Assembly: GCA_965216785.1 (NCBI GenBank)
Contig: OZ244197.1
Coordinates: 2,816,001-2,880,000, forward strand
Direction of reading: 5' to 3'
Origin: Thermodesulfobacteriota bacterium
GTDB taxonomy: Bacteria; Desulfobacterota_D; UBA1144; Nemesobacterales; UBA2774
Length of the DNA stretch: 64,000 nucleotides
In this document: piece after piece, positions 48,438-59,200 of the stretch
How positions within the stretch are numbered: position 1 is the stretch's first letter
How the letters are laid out: each line of letters opens with the position of its first letter
Program-made: the position numbers and the translations under genes
The notes under the pieces: model-generated
The model's input: the letters and a program-made list of their open reading frames with translations, nothing else
Databases searched by the model: none
Told to the model about the DNA's origin: nothing

Positions 48438-48455
48438 CTACTGTCTGATAACATA

Positions 48456-49907
48456 CTAGGGCAGTACTGCTTCTATTACAGCCATCATACCGTTATCTTC
48501 ATGCTCGCCTATGTGGCAGTGATATACGAACTTACCCTCTATAATCGGGTTCCTGAAATCTATCGCAATCTTAACTTCCCCGGGCCCTACTACGCCGGGG
48601 TCCTGACCCATATAGGGTACATTGATCGTATCCTGCAAGCCGTTAAAAGGCTGCTGAACACCGTTGATCTCGCATACCTGAAAGTCTGTCTGGTGGATAT
48701 GAAACACATGAAGCTCTTCTGATATATTCTGCACAGTCCACTCTTCTATACCGCCTATCGTAACGGTAGTATCCACCCTTTCAGGATCGAACTGCCTGTC
48801 GTTAATGAAAAAAGTGTTGCCGTCGGGCGTTTCTGAAAAAACAATTGTTCTCTTATTGTCAGGAACCGCTTCGCATAGGTTCTCAACGGGCGGGAACTGG
48901 TTCTCAGGTATCGGCAGCACAATTGGATTCTCTACGGGCTCACCCTCGACCTTTACAGTGAGGAGAGTCGCGCCTCCGTACATATCACCCGCGGGACCGG
49001 TATTGAATTCCCTTGCCCTAAGCCTGAATGTCCCCCTTCTATCAGCCTGCACGAGAACACCCACACGTGAAGCCGTGGGCATGAGAATTTCGGTTCTTTC
49101 TAAAGTCCTGGTCTGACGAAGTCCATCCCTTTCTATTTGAAAAAAGCTATGACCGTCAAGAACAAGGTCGTAATAGAGATTAGCCCCTATGTTAAAAAAC
49201 TGCCAGTACTGAGTCTCACCGGGCCTCATGGTAATTACGGGGTTTGTCTGCCCGTTTACGGTGAAATTTGTAGGCGCGCTCGGGTCGATATCGGCTTCGG
49301 ACGGAACCATGCCGTCTACGATCTGGATATCCTTTAGGTACATTACCTGCTCGGTAATACCGTCAAGCTGTGGGAATGGCGTCAAATTGTTTCCCACTAT
49401 TATTCCGCCTGAGAGGCCGCTCATAATCTGAAACTGCGTTATTCCGAAAAGATGCGCGTGATAATAGTAAAGGCCTTGAGGGTGGTCGCCCGGTATCTCT
49501 ACTTCGTACTGGAAGCCGCCGTTTTGAGGGATCATGATGAATACGTCGTCCGAGGGAGGAAGCGGGCTTACCTGCATACCGTGGTAGTGAATGTTCGTCA
49601 TCGCTTCAAGGAGATTATTCACATCGAGCAAAATTGTGTCGCCGGGATCGACTCTGAGTGTAGGCGGCGCAAACATACCGTTATACTGAGCGCTCATAAA
49701 TTCCTGGCCGTCAACTTCCCCAGGGAACACATCTACATCGAACGTGAGATCGAGCACTCCGTTCACACTAGTGATTTGAACCGGGTTCTGAAATGGAGGG
49801 CCAAGGGGAGTGCCCCCACCGCCTGAATTACTGCATGTACTGTTTGACAGAAGTGCAATTACAAATATTGAAAGGAATATTGCAAACATTTGGGACAGTT
49901 TAATCAT
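48456..49907 (-). CDS. Multicopper oxidase, exported (possible lipoprotein)
   Basis: Cu ligand motifs HYHG, YHAH, HVFHIH, HCHIGEHEDNGMM; N-terminal signal with Cys. Confidence 0.93.
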   Translation of the reverse strand: MIKLSQMFAIFLSIFVIALLSNSTCSNSGGGGTPLGPPFQNPVQITSVNGVLDLTFDVDVFPGEVDGQEFMSAQYNGMFAPPTLRVDPGDTILLDVNNLLEAMTNIHYHGMQVSPLPPSDDVFIMIPQNGGFQYEVEIPGDHPQGLYYYHAHLFGITQFQIMSGLSGGIIVGNNLTPFPQLDGITEQVMYLKDIQIVDGMVPSEADIDPSAPTNFTVNGQTNPVITMRPGETQYWQFFNIGANLYYDLVLDGHSFFQIERDGLRQTRTLERTEILMPTASRVGVLVQADRRGTFRLRAREFNTGPAGDMYGGATLLTVKVEGEPVENPIVLPIPENQFPPVENLCEAVPDNKRTIVFSETPDGNTFFINDRQFDPERVDTTVTIGGIEEWTVQNISEELHVFHIHQTDFQVCEINGVQQPFNGLQDTINVPYMGQDPGVVGPGEVKIAIDFRNPIIEGKFVYHCHIGEHEDNGMMAVIEAVLP

Positions 49908-49949
49908 GAATACCTCCTCCTATGTATCCTGTCATCCATTATAAAATAA

Positions 49950-50585
49950 TTAACCTCTATCTTGCAATAGTTTTTTAATATCTCTGGCGATGCCATCTGC
50001 ATCGTGCATGTGGTGGGGATAAGTGAGATACAACCTGCCGGTTTTGTCGACCAGGTATATGGTATTGGTGTGTGTCATAAGGTACCTGTCCCAGGTGTCG
50101 TTCCTGCCCAGTCCGTACACAGGCGGATGTTTCACAATGGTGACCCCGTATTCGCGGGCGAGGACATCGATCTCTTCACTAGTACCGGTAAGACCCATAA
50201 AGCTTTCATTGAAATAAGGAACATAAGACTTTAGCCGCTCCTCTGTATCCCTTTGGGGGTCAACAGTAATATAGAGAACTTGTACGTCCTTCGCCTGCTC
50301 CCCTAAATCATCCATTACCGTATTGAGCATACCGAGTGTAAGAGGACATATATCGGGACAGTTAGTGTAGCCCCACGATATGAGCACTATTTTGTCACGG
50401 AATCTGTCGAGCCTGAGTTTATTGCCGTTATGGTCTGTTAGAGAAAACGGCGGAGCCTGGCGGTGGTATATCTTCCCGTGATAGTTGCCTTTATTAACAG
50501 AGTCGTAGTACTCAAACCCGAACAAACCCCATCCGGCGATTACTAGTAAAATCAATATCGATAAAAGAACCTTATCTCTCATCAC
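49950..50585 (-). CDS. SCO1/SenC copper chaperone
   Basis: N-terminal TM, GYTNCPDICP (CxxxC), TVDPQRD, conserved His (MTHT). Confidence 0.92.
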   Translation of the reverse strand: MMRDKVLLSILILLVIAGWGLFGFEYYDSVNKGNYHGKIYHRQAPPFSLTDHNGNKLRLDRFRDKIVLISWGYTNCPDICPLTLGMLNTVMDDLGEQAKDVQVLYITVDPQRDTEERLKSYVPYFNESFMGLTGTSEEIDVLAREYGVTIVKHPPVYGLGRNDTWDRYLMTHTNTIYLVDKTGRLYLTYPHHMHDADGIARDIKKLLQDRG

Positions 50586-50705
50586 AATCTCTCGTCAAGA
50601 TTTCTCATAACAAAATACTTTGATAATTATAACTAAGGCAAATAGCAAAGAGGCAATGAACTATATAAAGTTGTGGAAGATAATAACAATATACATTAAA
50701 CTATT

Positions 50706-51131
50706 ATGATGATGAGAACGATTCTAATTGCAGTAATTCTATTGGGTTTTGCTATGCCTGGTATTGCCCAGGATACACCTCAAAAGCCGCTTGATTATTC
50801 GAGTAACCAGGTGCTGCACCCCGAGTGGTTTATAAAAGTTACGAACTGGTCGTTTTTCACCGCTGCCAGGGTAGGAATGCTGAGCTCGGTCGTCATCGAA
50901 AACACCGCGGACATAGCGTATAAGGACATTCAGGTGAGGATATCTATGTATACAACCTCCCCTCCCGCTGTAGGACAGACAATCGCAAACAACACGGCTG
51001 TGCTTCCTATTACGCTGCCACCTAAAAGCAAGGGGAAATACCTAAAAGGCGGTATACCTGTCGGGGGCGGAAGTCAGAGTTACAGGGTAAGCGATATACA
51101 AGTTATATCGGCAACTCCTATTACCAACTAA
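50706..51131 (+). CDS. Secreted hypothetical protein (beta-rich)
   Basis: Signal peptide ending in GIA; IENTADIAYKDIQVRI. Confidence 0.6.
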   Translation: MMMRTILIAVILLGFAMPGIAQDTPQKPLDYSSNQVLHPEWFIKVTNWSFFTAARVGMLSSVVIENTADIAYKDIQVRISMYTTSPPAVGQTIANNTAVLPITLPPKSKGKYLKGGIPVGGGSQSYRVSDIQVISATPITN

Positions 51132-51159
51132 TAGATTCAGATATCTTGGAGGAATAAAA

Positions 51160-51603
51160 ATGAAAAAGATACTCCTGTTCTCTACCCTATTATTCACTTT
51201 TATTTTTGGCCTGCACTACTTATCCCATGCCGATTATGTAGTACATGAATCCGGGGTGCAGATTCAATACGGTGATCCGGGACCACCGCCTATACCCGAT
51301 ACGCCAGAGGCTCCGGGACCGGGGGAGATTGAAGACCCCGCGCTATCAGGAGAAACAGTATTAGGAGCGCCCGACCCTGCTCTTGGTGACGAGAGCGTTG
51401 TATCGGAGCCTAACCCCGTAGTTGAAGAGGGAGATCCACTTGTTGAACAGACCGAGCCTCTTGTGGAACAGCCCGCCGCATTGGTAGAACAACCGGACGC
51501 TCTGGTAGAGGAGCCTGAAGCACTTGTGCCTCAGGGAGAGCCGATGGCAGAACAACCAGAGCCTCTGGGAGACAGAGAAGCCGAGGGACGCGGTATCAGG
51601 TAG
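51160..51603 (+). CDS. Secreted acidic heptad-repeat protein with C-terminal PLGDREAEGRGI motif (B)
   Basis: RBS ggagga; signal MKKILLF...SHA; repeats DPLVEQT/EPLVEQP/AALVEQP/DALVEEP/EALVPQG/EPMAEQP. Confidence 0.78.
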   Translation: MKKILLFSTLLFTFIFGLHYLSHADYVVHESGVQIQYGDPGPPPIPDTPEAPGPGEIEDPALSGETVLGAPDPALGDESVVSEPNPVVEEGDPLVEQTEPLVEQPAALVEQPDALVEEPEALVPQGEPMAEQPEPLGDREAEGRGIR

Positions 51604-51670
51604 TAAATACTGAAAAAACAGTTACATTCTCTTAATAAATCTCACATAAGATCAATGGAGGTACAGGCTA

Positions 51671-52018
51671 TTGTTATTCGACAGGAAAATAGAATTCAGT
51701 GACGATAAAAAGGAAGAATGGGAATTAATACGCTCAAAGGTAGGCCAAGGAATTGAGCTGCCGCTGCCGGATTCGGAACGATGGTTCCGCACAACCGTGG
51801 ACGGAGAGCACCTGGTCGTAGAAAGCGCGCAGCACAACGTACGGCCGCTTATGATATACGATCCGATTAAAATTGATTTCGACGAATTCCATATCGTTGC
51901 TACGCATTACAACAGATTTTTGGAGCTTCAGGTACGCACAATGAACGATACACATGAAGTAAAAGACCAGTCGGCGAACCTCAGGTATATCTTCATGATG
52001 ATATATCATCTCTTATAG
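51671..52018 (+). CDS. Hypothetical protein
   Basis: RBS ggagg with TTG start; codirectional with its neighbours. Confidence 0.55.
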   Translation: MLFDRKIEFSDDKKEEWELIRSKVGQGIELPLPDSERWFRTTVDGEHLVVESAQHNVRPLMIYDPIKIDFDEFHIVATHYNRFLELQVRTMNDTHEVKDQSANLRYIFMMIYHLL

Positions 52019-52076
52019 AGCCCTTCTTTACCAGCACACAACCCCAAAAAAGCCGAAACTGAGCAGGGTTGCTTTT

Positions 52077-52586
52077 ATGAAGCCAACAAATTATTACGAG
52101 CTTATGGCTCAGTACAATAAGTGGATGGACTCAAAGCTATATTCCGTTTGCGCAGACATCCCCGACTCTGACCGGAGAAAAGATATGGGCGCTTTCTTTA
52201 AATCCATACACGGCACTCTGAACCATATTTATTACGGTGATATCGCCTGGATCGAGAGGCTAAGGGACCAGAAATTTACACCGAGGGAATTGGGTGTCGA
52301 TCTCTTCAATGATTTTCAAGAGCTAAGGGAAGCACAGGAAAAATTGGACGGCGAGATACTTGAATGGTCACAAACATTATCTGAAGAGTTTTTACAAGAA
52401 CCCTATGATTACGTAAGTAACGTGGATATGAAAACGAGAGTAATGCCGACTTGGGTACTGGCGGTGCACATGTTCAACCATCAGACACACCACAGGGGTC
52501 AGTTGACCACACTCATTAAGCAGCTTGGGTACGAGCCGGGAATTACCGACATACCCTGGCTCCCCAGCCTGGTAGGCTTTGAATGA
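52077..52586 (+). CDS. DinB/YfiT-like metal-binding protein
   Basis: YNKW, FFKSIHGTLNHI, HMFNHQTHHRGQ. Confidence 0.9.
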   Translation: MKPTNYYELMAQYNKWMDSKLYSVCADIPDSDRRKDMGAFFKSIHGTLNHIYYGDIAWIERLRDQKFTPRELGVDLFNDFQELREAQEKLDGEILEWSQTLSEEFLQEPYDYVSNVDMKTRVMPTWVLAVHMFNHQTHHRGQLTTLIKQLGYEPGITDIPWLPSLVGFE

Positions 52587-52689
52587 GGGAATATACGGTC
52601 TTAATATATCCTTAATGCTGCGTTAACTAATTGAGAATATCTTTTGAATCCGGTAAATACTTGATAAAGTGGTAGGAGGAGAAAGATTT

Positions 52690-53400
52690 ATGAGATATAC
52701 AACCTATATTATTCCGCTATTCTTATCCCTCTTTTCTATTTGTTTATTTAATAGCAAGAATACTCATGCACAAACTGAGGGTTTTGACGTAAAGACTCCG
52801 ATCCAAATAATAGCCGAGGACTCTGAGAGCCTAGTTAAGAAGCTTATAAAAGATAGAAAGGATAAAGAGAGAGAAGCCGTACCAAAGAATATTTTATGCA
52901 GCGCTAAATGTATCGTTGTACTCCCAAAGGTAAAACCTGAAAACCAGCGGGATGATTTTAAAGGAACGGGTCTTATGAGCTGTCTAAAAATCAACTCTGA
53001 TGATCTCACCCCTCCGTTATTCTATGAGATTGACGAGCTCAAATCATTCTACGAGAGTGAAGGCAGCATTATAGTTTTCGTTACAAATGAAACCGGAGTT
53101 AAATCTATACTGGCAAATAGTATTGGGCTTACCTCGGATAATTCTCAGGCAGGGCCCGCAGGATTTAAAAATGAGGCTAAAACCTCTAAGTCTTATATCA
53201 CATACGCTAAGCCAAAGGGTGGAAGCTTAGAAGGATACGAACTAAGCGGCAGCGATCTGATTTACGGAAATAAAGATACGTTTAAAGCATATCAAAAAAT
53301 AATGGTGCCCATTGATATATTGCTGTATAGCGAAGATATACCGCCTGATCTGAGAGGTTTTGACTCAGCCGTCAAAGAGTTCCGGGCAGTTTGTAAATAG
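52690..53400 (+). CDS. Secreted SYLF/Ysc84-like domain protein (divergent)
   Basis: Signal peptide; VPKNILCSAKCIVVLPKV...GTGLMSC...AGPAG...TYAKPKG...GYELSGS resembles SYLF. Confidence 0.55.
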   Translation: MRYTTYIIPLFLSLFSICLFNSKNTHAQTEGFDVKTPIQIIAEDSESLVKKLIKDRKDKEREAVPKNILCSAKCIVVLPKVKPENQRDDFKGTGLMSCLKINSDDLTPPLFYEIDELKSFYESEGSIIVFVTNETGVKSILANSIGLTSDNSQAGPAGFKNEAKTSKSYITYAKPKGGSLEGYELSGSDLIYGNKDTFKAYQKIMVPIDILLYSEDIPPDLRGFDSAVKEFRAVCK

Positions 53401-53420
53401 ACTCAGCCCCCCTCAGGATA

Positions 53421-53645
53421 CTATTCGAAATAACAAGTCCCAGACTCAGGGATACCGCCGCCCTCATCCTGCTCTTCTTCGTATGAGTACTGGCAATAAC
53501 AAACTCCTATCTCTCCGCAATCATAAGATGTGCTGCACTGCTTTCCCTGTTTGCAGTCCTCACATTCTACAGGCTTTGCACTCATATAAAGCACGCCTGC
53601 GATAACAAATATAAATACAATAAGTCCGATTAATATCTTTTTCAT
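53421..53645 (-). CDS. Small exported Cys-rich protein
   Basis: RBS ggagg; MKK plus hydrophobic helix; 7 Cys (CxxC...Cx5C...CxC...C). Confidence 0.6.
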   Translation of the reverse strand: MKKILIGLIVFIFVIAGVLYMSAKPVECEDCKQGKQCSTSYDCGEIGVCYCQYSYEEEQDEGGGIPESGTCYFE

Positions 53646-53872
53646 AATAGGAACCTCCATGAGATTGAATTGTCCTGTGCATATAAATAATTTTAAAGCA
53701 CATTATAGCACATAATAAATAGATGAGAGCTCAATTTCTTTCAATTACCCTATGCACTAAGAAGCTTGTACGGATCTTTACATAAACAGCTGTAATATGA
53801 TATTGTATATCCGTAGGTTGAGGTCTAAATTCAAGCCAAACACAAAATGAATCTATCTGATGGAGGGTAATT

Positions 53873-54691
53873 ATGACTACAAGAGTAGAAGTATATTTCA
53901 GGACTTATTTGTTTGCCGCTGTGGCTATCTGTTTTCTAAGCGCGCTTGTGGGAGTGCATACCCCGGCGCAAGCTCAAGATACAAACCCCAATATTGACCC
54001 GCAGGCTGCGGAAATTCTTCAGAATATGAGCTATTTCTTGGGCAGCAAATCTGAATATACATTTAAAGCGGACGCAATGTTCGACGTTTTGATAAGAGGT
54101 GAGCGAAAAATACAATACTCCGCAAGTGAGACTGTATTCCTTCAGAAACCCGATAAATTCACCATTGAATATGTAACCGATATAGGCGGGTATAAGATAT
54201 GGTACACAGCCGGGCAGGCAACGATATTGTCCTTACCGACTAACGATTTCACGTTGACCACGCTTCCGGGATCGATTGATCAGGCTTTGAATAAGCTTCT
54301 GGAGCAATATAGTTTTGCTCCCGCGCTGAGTGAGTTTCTGTTCATAAACACATACAGAGAGATGACTCAGAATGTAACTTCAGGCGCATATTTTGGATCA
54401 AGCAGAGTCTTTGGCACAAACTGTAACCACCTGGCATTTGTGCAGGAAAATATAGACTGGCAAATATGGATAGATGCCGGAAGGCGCCCTGTTCCCAGAA
54501 AATTGGTTATTACATATAAAAATCTTCCGGGCTCACCTCAGTTTATCGCTATAATCAAAGACTGGGTAACGGATAAACCGATTACGGGATATGCCTTTAA
54601 GGCAGACATACCGAACATTAACAGCCGTGTGGATATTAATCAGATAATGCAAAACCCAAAACTGGATATGGGAAGCATTAGGAATAAGTAG
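53873..54691 (+). CDS. DUF2092 (LolA-like fold) periplasmic protein
   Basis: Signal AQA; IDPQAAEILQNMS, CNHLAF, DWQIWI, PRKLVITYK. Confidence 0.8.
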   Translation: MTTRVEVYFRTYLFAAVAICFLSALVGVHTPAQAQDTNPNIDPQAAEILQNMSYFLGSKSEYTFKADAMFDVLIRGERKIQYSASETVFLQKPDKFTIEYVTDIGGYKIWYTAGQATILSLPTNDFTLTTLPGSIDQALNKLLEQYSFAPALSEFLFINTYREMTQNVTSGAYFGSSRVFGTNCNHLAFVQENIDWQIWIDAGRRPVPRKLVITYKNLPGSPQFIAIIKDWVTDKPITGYAFKADIPNINSRVDINQIMQNPKLDMGSIRNK

Positions 54692-54743
54692 TATTAATAA
54701 GTGAATTGAAGCTTTAGATTAAAAAAATTTTGGATGGAAAAAG

Positions 54744-54778
54744 AAAAGTGCGCTGTATTACTACAGCGCACTTTTTTT
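54744..54778. terminator. Bidirectional intrinsic terminator
   Basis: aaaagtgcgctgta-ttac-tacagcgcacttttttt between the convergent DUF2092 and csp genes. Confidence 0.9.
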
Positions 54779-54785
54779 ATAGTCG

Positions 54786-54995
54786 TTAGGCTATTACTAC
54801 ATTCTGGGCTTGCGGACCTTTTTGTCCGTCAACAACCGTGAACTCTACGCGCTGTCCCTCTTCGAGAGAGCGGTAGCCGGTGTCGTTGATTTCACTGTAG
54901 TGAACGAAAACGTCTTTTTCATTCTCAAGCTCAATGAAACCAAAGCCTTTTGTAGAATTGAACCACTTTACGGTGCCAATTTTACGTTCTGACAT
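54786..54995 (-). CDS. Cold-shock protein (CspA family)
   Basis: GTVKWFN, RNP1 KGFGFI, RNP2 VFVHY, KGPQA. Confidence 0.96.
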   Translation of the reverse strand: MSERKIGTVKWFNSTKGFGFIELENEKDVFVHYSEINDTGYRSLEEGQRVEFTVVDGQKGPQAQNVVIA

Positions 54996-55104
54996 ATTGG
55001 GCGTACCTCCTATTATAAAATTGGGTTATGCTAGCGGTTCAAAATCTCTTTTAGATGGGAATCTTAAATAGGACTAGAACTACTGCAAACTCATATAGGA
55101 TGAT

Positions 55105-55133
55105 AATATACTACAAAGAAGCAATAATGTCAA
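55105..55133 (-). promoter_or_regulatory. Sigma70 promoter of csp, giving a ~100-nt 5' UTR
   Basis: Minus strand TTGACA (55133-55128) - 17 nt - TATATT (55110-55105). Confidence 0.6.
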
Positions 55134-55396
55134 TGTATAAAGGGGGTTTTGCTAATGAGATTTAAATAATAGAATAAAACATATCCGAGAATTAGATAAA
55201 CGCGTCGAATATAACAACAGGACATTCCTTCATTCAGAGACAGATGCCCAAGTACAGCTCAGATCCAAGAGATTTGCTCTCCAAACGCATACCAATTTAC
55301 ACTCCTTTACTATTTTGATGCTTTACACAAAATACCTTTTACATATGATATTGAGTTGCCGTATCTTTCTTGGTATAGTGACAAAAGTAGGTTGAT

Positions 55397-56221
55397 ATGA
55401 GTGAAGCACATAAATTCAGTTTTGGAGACAACTCGGTCGCCGGTGCTTACGACAGCGTTCTGGTACCTGTCCTTTTCGAGCCTTGGGCGGCCCAGATCAT
55501 CGAAGAACACCAGCCCTGGGAAGGCAGGTGCGTACTTGACGTTGCGACCGGCAGCGGAATCTTTGCACATCTAGTCACACCACAAGTAGGCCCAAGCGGG
55601 TCAGTAGTGGGTATAGACATTAACAGTGAGATGTTGTCTATAGCCATAAAACGATGCGCCGGCTTGACACCGGAAGTGAAGTTAATCGAATCGCCTGCAT
55701 ATCCTTTGGAAATCCCTAGCAACTCAATTGACGTAGTTGTTTGCCAACAAGGATTTCAGTTCTTCCCGGATAAAGACGCCGCTGCAAAGGAAATGCAAAG
55801 GGTATTGCGCGACGGGGGCAAAGTTATTGTTACCACCTGGCGCCCCGTAGACGAATGTCAGTTTTTCGGGACAATTTGCGATGCGCTTAGCATGATCGGA
55901 GAGTCTGAAATATCCGACATGATGCGCCTTCCTTTTGACTTCATGCCCGAATCGCAATTGAAAAACCATTTCAAATCGGCCGGTTTCGCGGATGTTCAGA
56001 TCAGCCGGCAAGAACAAGAGTTTCGATTAGAAGGCGGAGTAAAACACGCAATAGATGTTGCATACGCAACCCCTATAAGACCAAAGCTTCTGGCATTGCC
56101 TGAGGAAAGGCAAAACGCGTTCCGGAATACATTCGCCGAGCTTATAGGAGAACTTAGCGGCGGTGGAATCTCTATGGGACGTATGGTGTCTAATGTGCTA
56201 ACAGCCAAGAAAGAATTATGA
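55397..56221 (+). CDS. Class I SAM-dependent methyltransferase (UbiE-like)
   Basis: VLDVATGSG, GIDIN, DVVVCQQGFQFFPD, RVLRDGG. Confidence 0.9.
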   Translation: MSEAHKFSFGDNSVAGAYDSVLVPVLFEPWAAQIIEEHQPWEGRCVLDVATGSGIFAHLVTPQVGPSGSVVGIDINSEMLSIAIKRCAGLTPEVKLIESPAYPLEIPSNSIDVVVCQQGFQFFPDKDAAAKEMQRVLRDGGKVIVTTWRPVDECQFFGTICDALSMIGESEISDMMRLPFDFMPESQLKNHFKSAGFADVQISRQEQEFRLEGGVKHAIDVAYATPIRPKLLALPEERQNAFRNTFAELIGELSGGGISMGRMVSNVLTAKKEL

Positions 56222-56281
56222 CAAACGCCTCATGCTTCATTATTTACAATTCAAACATTAATCGAACTTAATGGATGGAAA

Positions 56282-59200
56282 CTAGACTTTCCCTTCTAGA
56301 AGGTCATCTTCAAACGCTATTATCCCATTTAGATTATCTTTATATTGGCTCGTATCGGGGAAATCGAGCGCGCAAATTTTATTATAAACAATTTTGATAA
56401 GCTCCTCGGTGCGCAAGAGCTCATCTTGACCTATCTCCCAATCTAAATCTATGAGCACCCCGTCCCTTGGCTCAACAAATTCGAGCATTCCCCGATTGAC
56501 TTTGAACTTATTACCAAAATCTTTTGAGTTCTCGACCAGTATCTTATAGAAAACAAGCTGTCTCCTATAGTTATATAAAAGCGTTTTTTCATAAGCGCTC
56601 TCGCCTTTCCAGTTTTTTTTGGCCTTACCCGTCTTAAAATCGTGAACCAGGATTTCAGAACCACCTAGCGGCACCATCTTATCAATCTTGCCCGACAGGT
56701 GAGCTTCACCTACCATAACGCCCTGATCATAGAAATTAAATTCTGAGAAATGTGACTTATCAAAGCTGCCGATCTTCTCCTTAAAATAAGCGCTGAGAGC
56801 TTCCCTACCCTTCTCGGAGTATTTCTTAAACTCCTTTGAATTCATTCTCTCAATGATAAGCTCCTGATCAAAGCGCTCAAGCACCTGGGAAAGCTCTGGC
56901 AGAGAGCCGGTTTTCTTTAAATGTTTATAGATAAACTCTATAGCGCTATGCACAGAAGAGCCGTAGGAGTTATTGTGGTTTTGTGATTGCGGGAACCTGA
57001 GCAAATTTTGAAGGAAAAACGAATGAGGACCGCCTCTTTGTACATTAAGAAAGTTATTTAGGTGCGTTACGCTAAGCCGGTAGTCCTCCACCAGAGTTTC
57101 GAGTACCTCCCTCTCGTCGTGAACTACCGGAGGGGCGTGAAGAGACTCCCATGAGAGCTCGAGCATAAACTCCAGCTCCTCCAGATTACCCGCGTCAGAA
57201 TCATGCTCTTTAGGAGTAAGGGCGCTACCTAACTGTAAATCCGGCCCTTGGTCCGGCGGCAATATGATAAACGGCAGGAGGGAGGATTCCCTGTTGTTTT
57301 CCTTGTACCGGTAGGATGTTAAATATACGTTGTGCTTCGCCCTCGTTAGCGCCACGTAAAAGAGCCTGAGCTGGTCATCCGAGGTATCGCTCGTAGGGGA
57401 TACCGGCAGATTAAGCGGCATCGGGAGCATAGAGCCCCGCCTTGCGCCCGACCAAATCTCTTCCTGGCAATTTACGATAAATACCGTGTCGAATTCAAGC
57501 CCCTTTGCCTTATGAGCGGTAAGAAGGTTCACAGCGTTTCGGGCGCTAAGGTACTTGCTGTCGTCTATAATAGGTATGTCGTTCCTCTCATGAAGCTCTA
57601 CAAGCTTAACCAGATCCTCGATTTTAAGGACGCTTTCTTTTTTATATTCAGCTATTGCCCGGATGAAAGCCTTTAGGCTTGAGAGAAAATTTAAATATAA
57701 AAGCGGGTTCTCCCTCCGTTTCTCTTCGCTGAAGTAATATTGCTTAAACGGGCTCAGAAACTTTTCCTGGGTGTTATTATCGGGAGCCGCATCGGGCCCT
57801 GATTCCTCTTCATGCTCGTTGTCGGGCGCAAGCTCTTCTTCAGTTCCCATTATAGCATCGAGCACCTTATCCAAGGACTCGCTCATGGACAGCGCGGCAA
57901 GCTCAATCAGAAACTCAGCTATATTATTTATCGATTTGTCCTCGTGTGAGAGCATTATTTCTGCCCAGCTCACCCCGTTGTCTCTTTGCTTATGCGCACG
58001 CCTGGATATTTCCCAAACCGTTTTCCTGCTGAGCCCCCAGAAGGGATAACTTAGAATCTGTGGCAACAGTTCGTCCGCCTCATAACGATTTTTTCTCGCA
58101 AGCGACGCGATATAACGGCAAATAGTGACAAGCTCCCTTACGTGAGGCTCTTCAAGGACATTTCTGTTTCTCTCATACGTAAGAGGCACCCCAAGCTTGT
58201 TTAACAGTGGAGAGAGTCTCTCGAGCTGACGGTGATAGCGCGCTATTACCGCAATCTCCGAGGGCTCTTTCCCGTCATCTATGAGCTTTTTGATCTCTGA
58301 AGCGATCCAGTAGTATTCGTGAAGACTCGTGGGAAAGGAATCGCAGGATATTTCGGCTTTTTTTTCAGACCTGATTTTTGAGGTGATACTCTTTTCGACA
58401 AAAGGCATCTTTGTCTGAAGCCGCTCCTCACTCTGGTCTATGACATATGACGCGATATCCAATATATCCTGGTCCGAACGGTAGTTGGAAGTAATCGTAA
58501 CCACTTTAGAATCAGGGTAAGTTTCGTGGAAATTACGTATGTTTTTAATCTGCGCGCCCTGGAATTTATAGATAGCTTGATCATCATCTCCGACTGCCAT
58601 AACATTTGGGAGCGGCTTAACATCCCCAGGCCCCGTAATTAACCTAAGGAGCTTCATCTGAGCGTCATTCGTATCTTGAAACTCGTCTACGAGAACATAT
58701 TGGTAGATGCCCCTGAGTGTGTGTTTCAGATCGTCATTATTCTCAATTCCAGAAATCGCGTCTAAAATCATATCGTCATAATCGTAGTATCTCTGAGCAT
58801 GTAAACGCTCCTGATACCGAGAGTACACGTGGGCCAGTGAAAGCAGCTTTTCAATATATAGAGTGTCTTTAAGTATGAGCGCTCCGTCATTGTCCTTGCC
58901 CGTCATCCCGTTCTTCCACTCTGTGATAGGCGTCGTTTTGGAGCTTTTGTCGAAATCGCTCAGAACACCCGTGAGGGAATTACTCACAGTATCTATAATA
59001 GAATCTATGCCGGGGAACGGTGAATCATCATGGCCGCTTGAGCTGAGCTCGCTTAGAAAATCTTTTATCGCGGCGGCGGTCTTTTTACTAATCCTTGATG
59101 AAAATACTGAATTAAGACCGGGGTTTAATTGCTCTAACTTTTTCTCATTGTACTCGACGACAGATCTAAAATCATCGGGAGACAGTCCTGCCTTTTTTAA

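Noticed and set aside
51400-51560. CRISPR-like or non-coding tandem repeat
   Set aside because: These are degenerate 21-bp in-frame coding repeats without unique spacers, and no cas genes are present.
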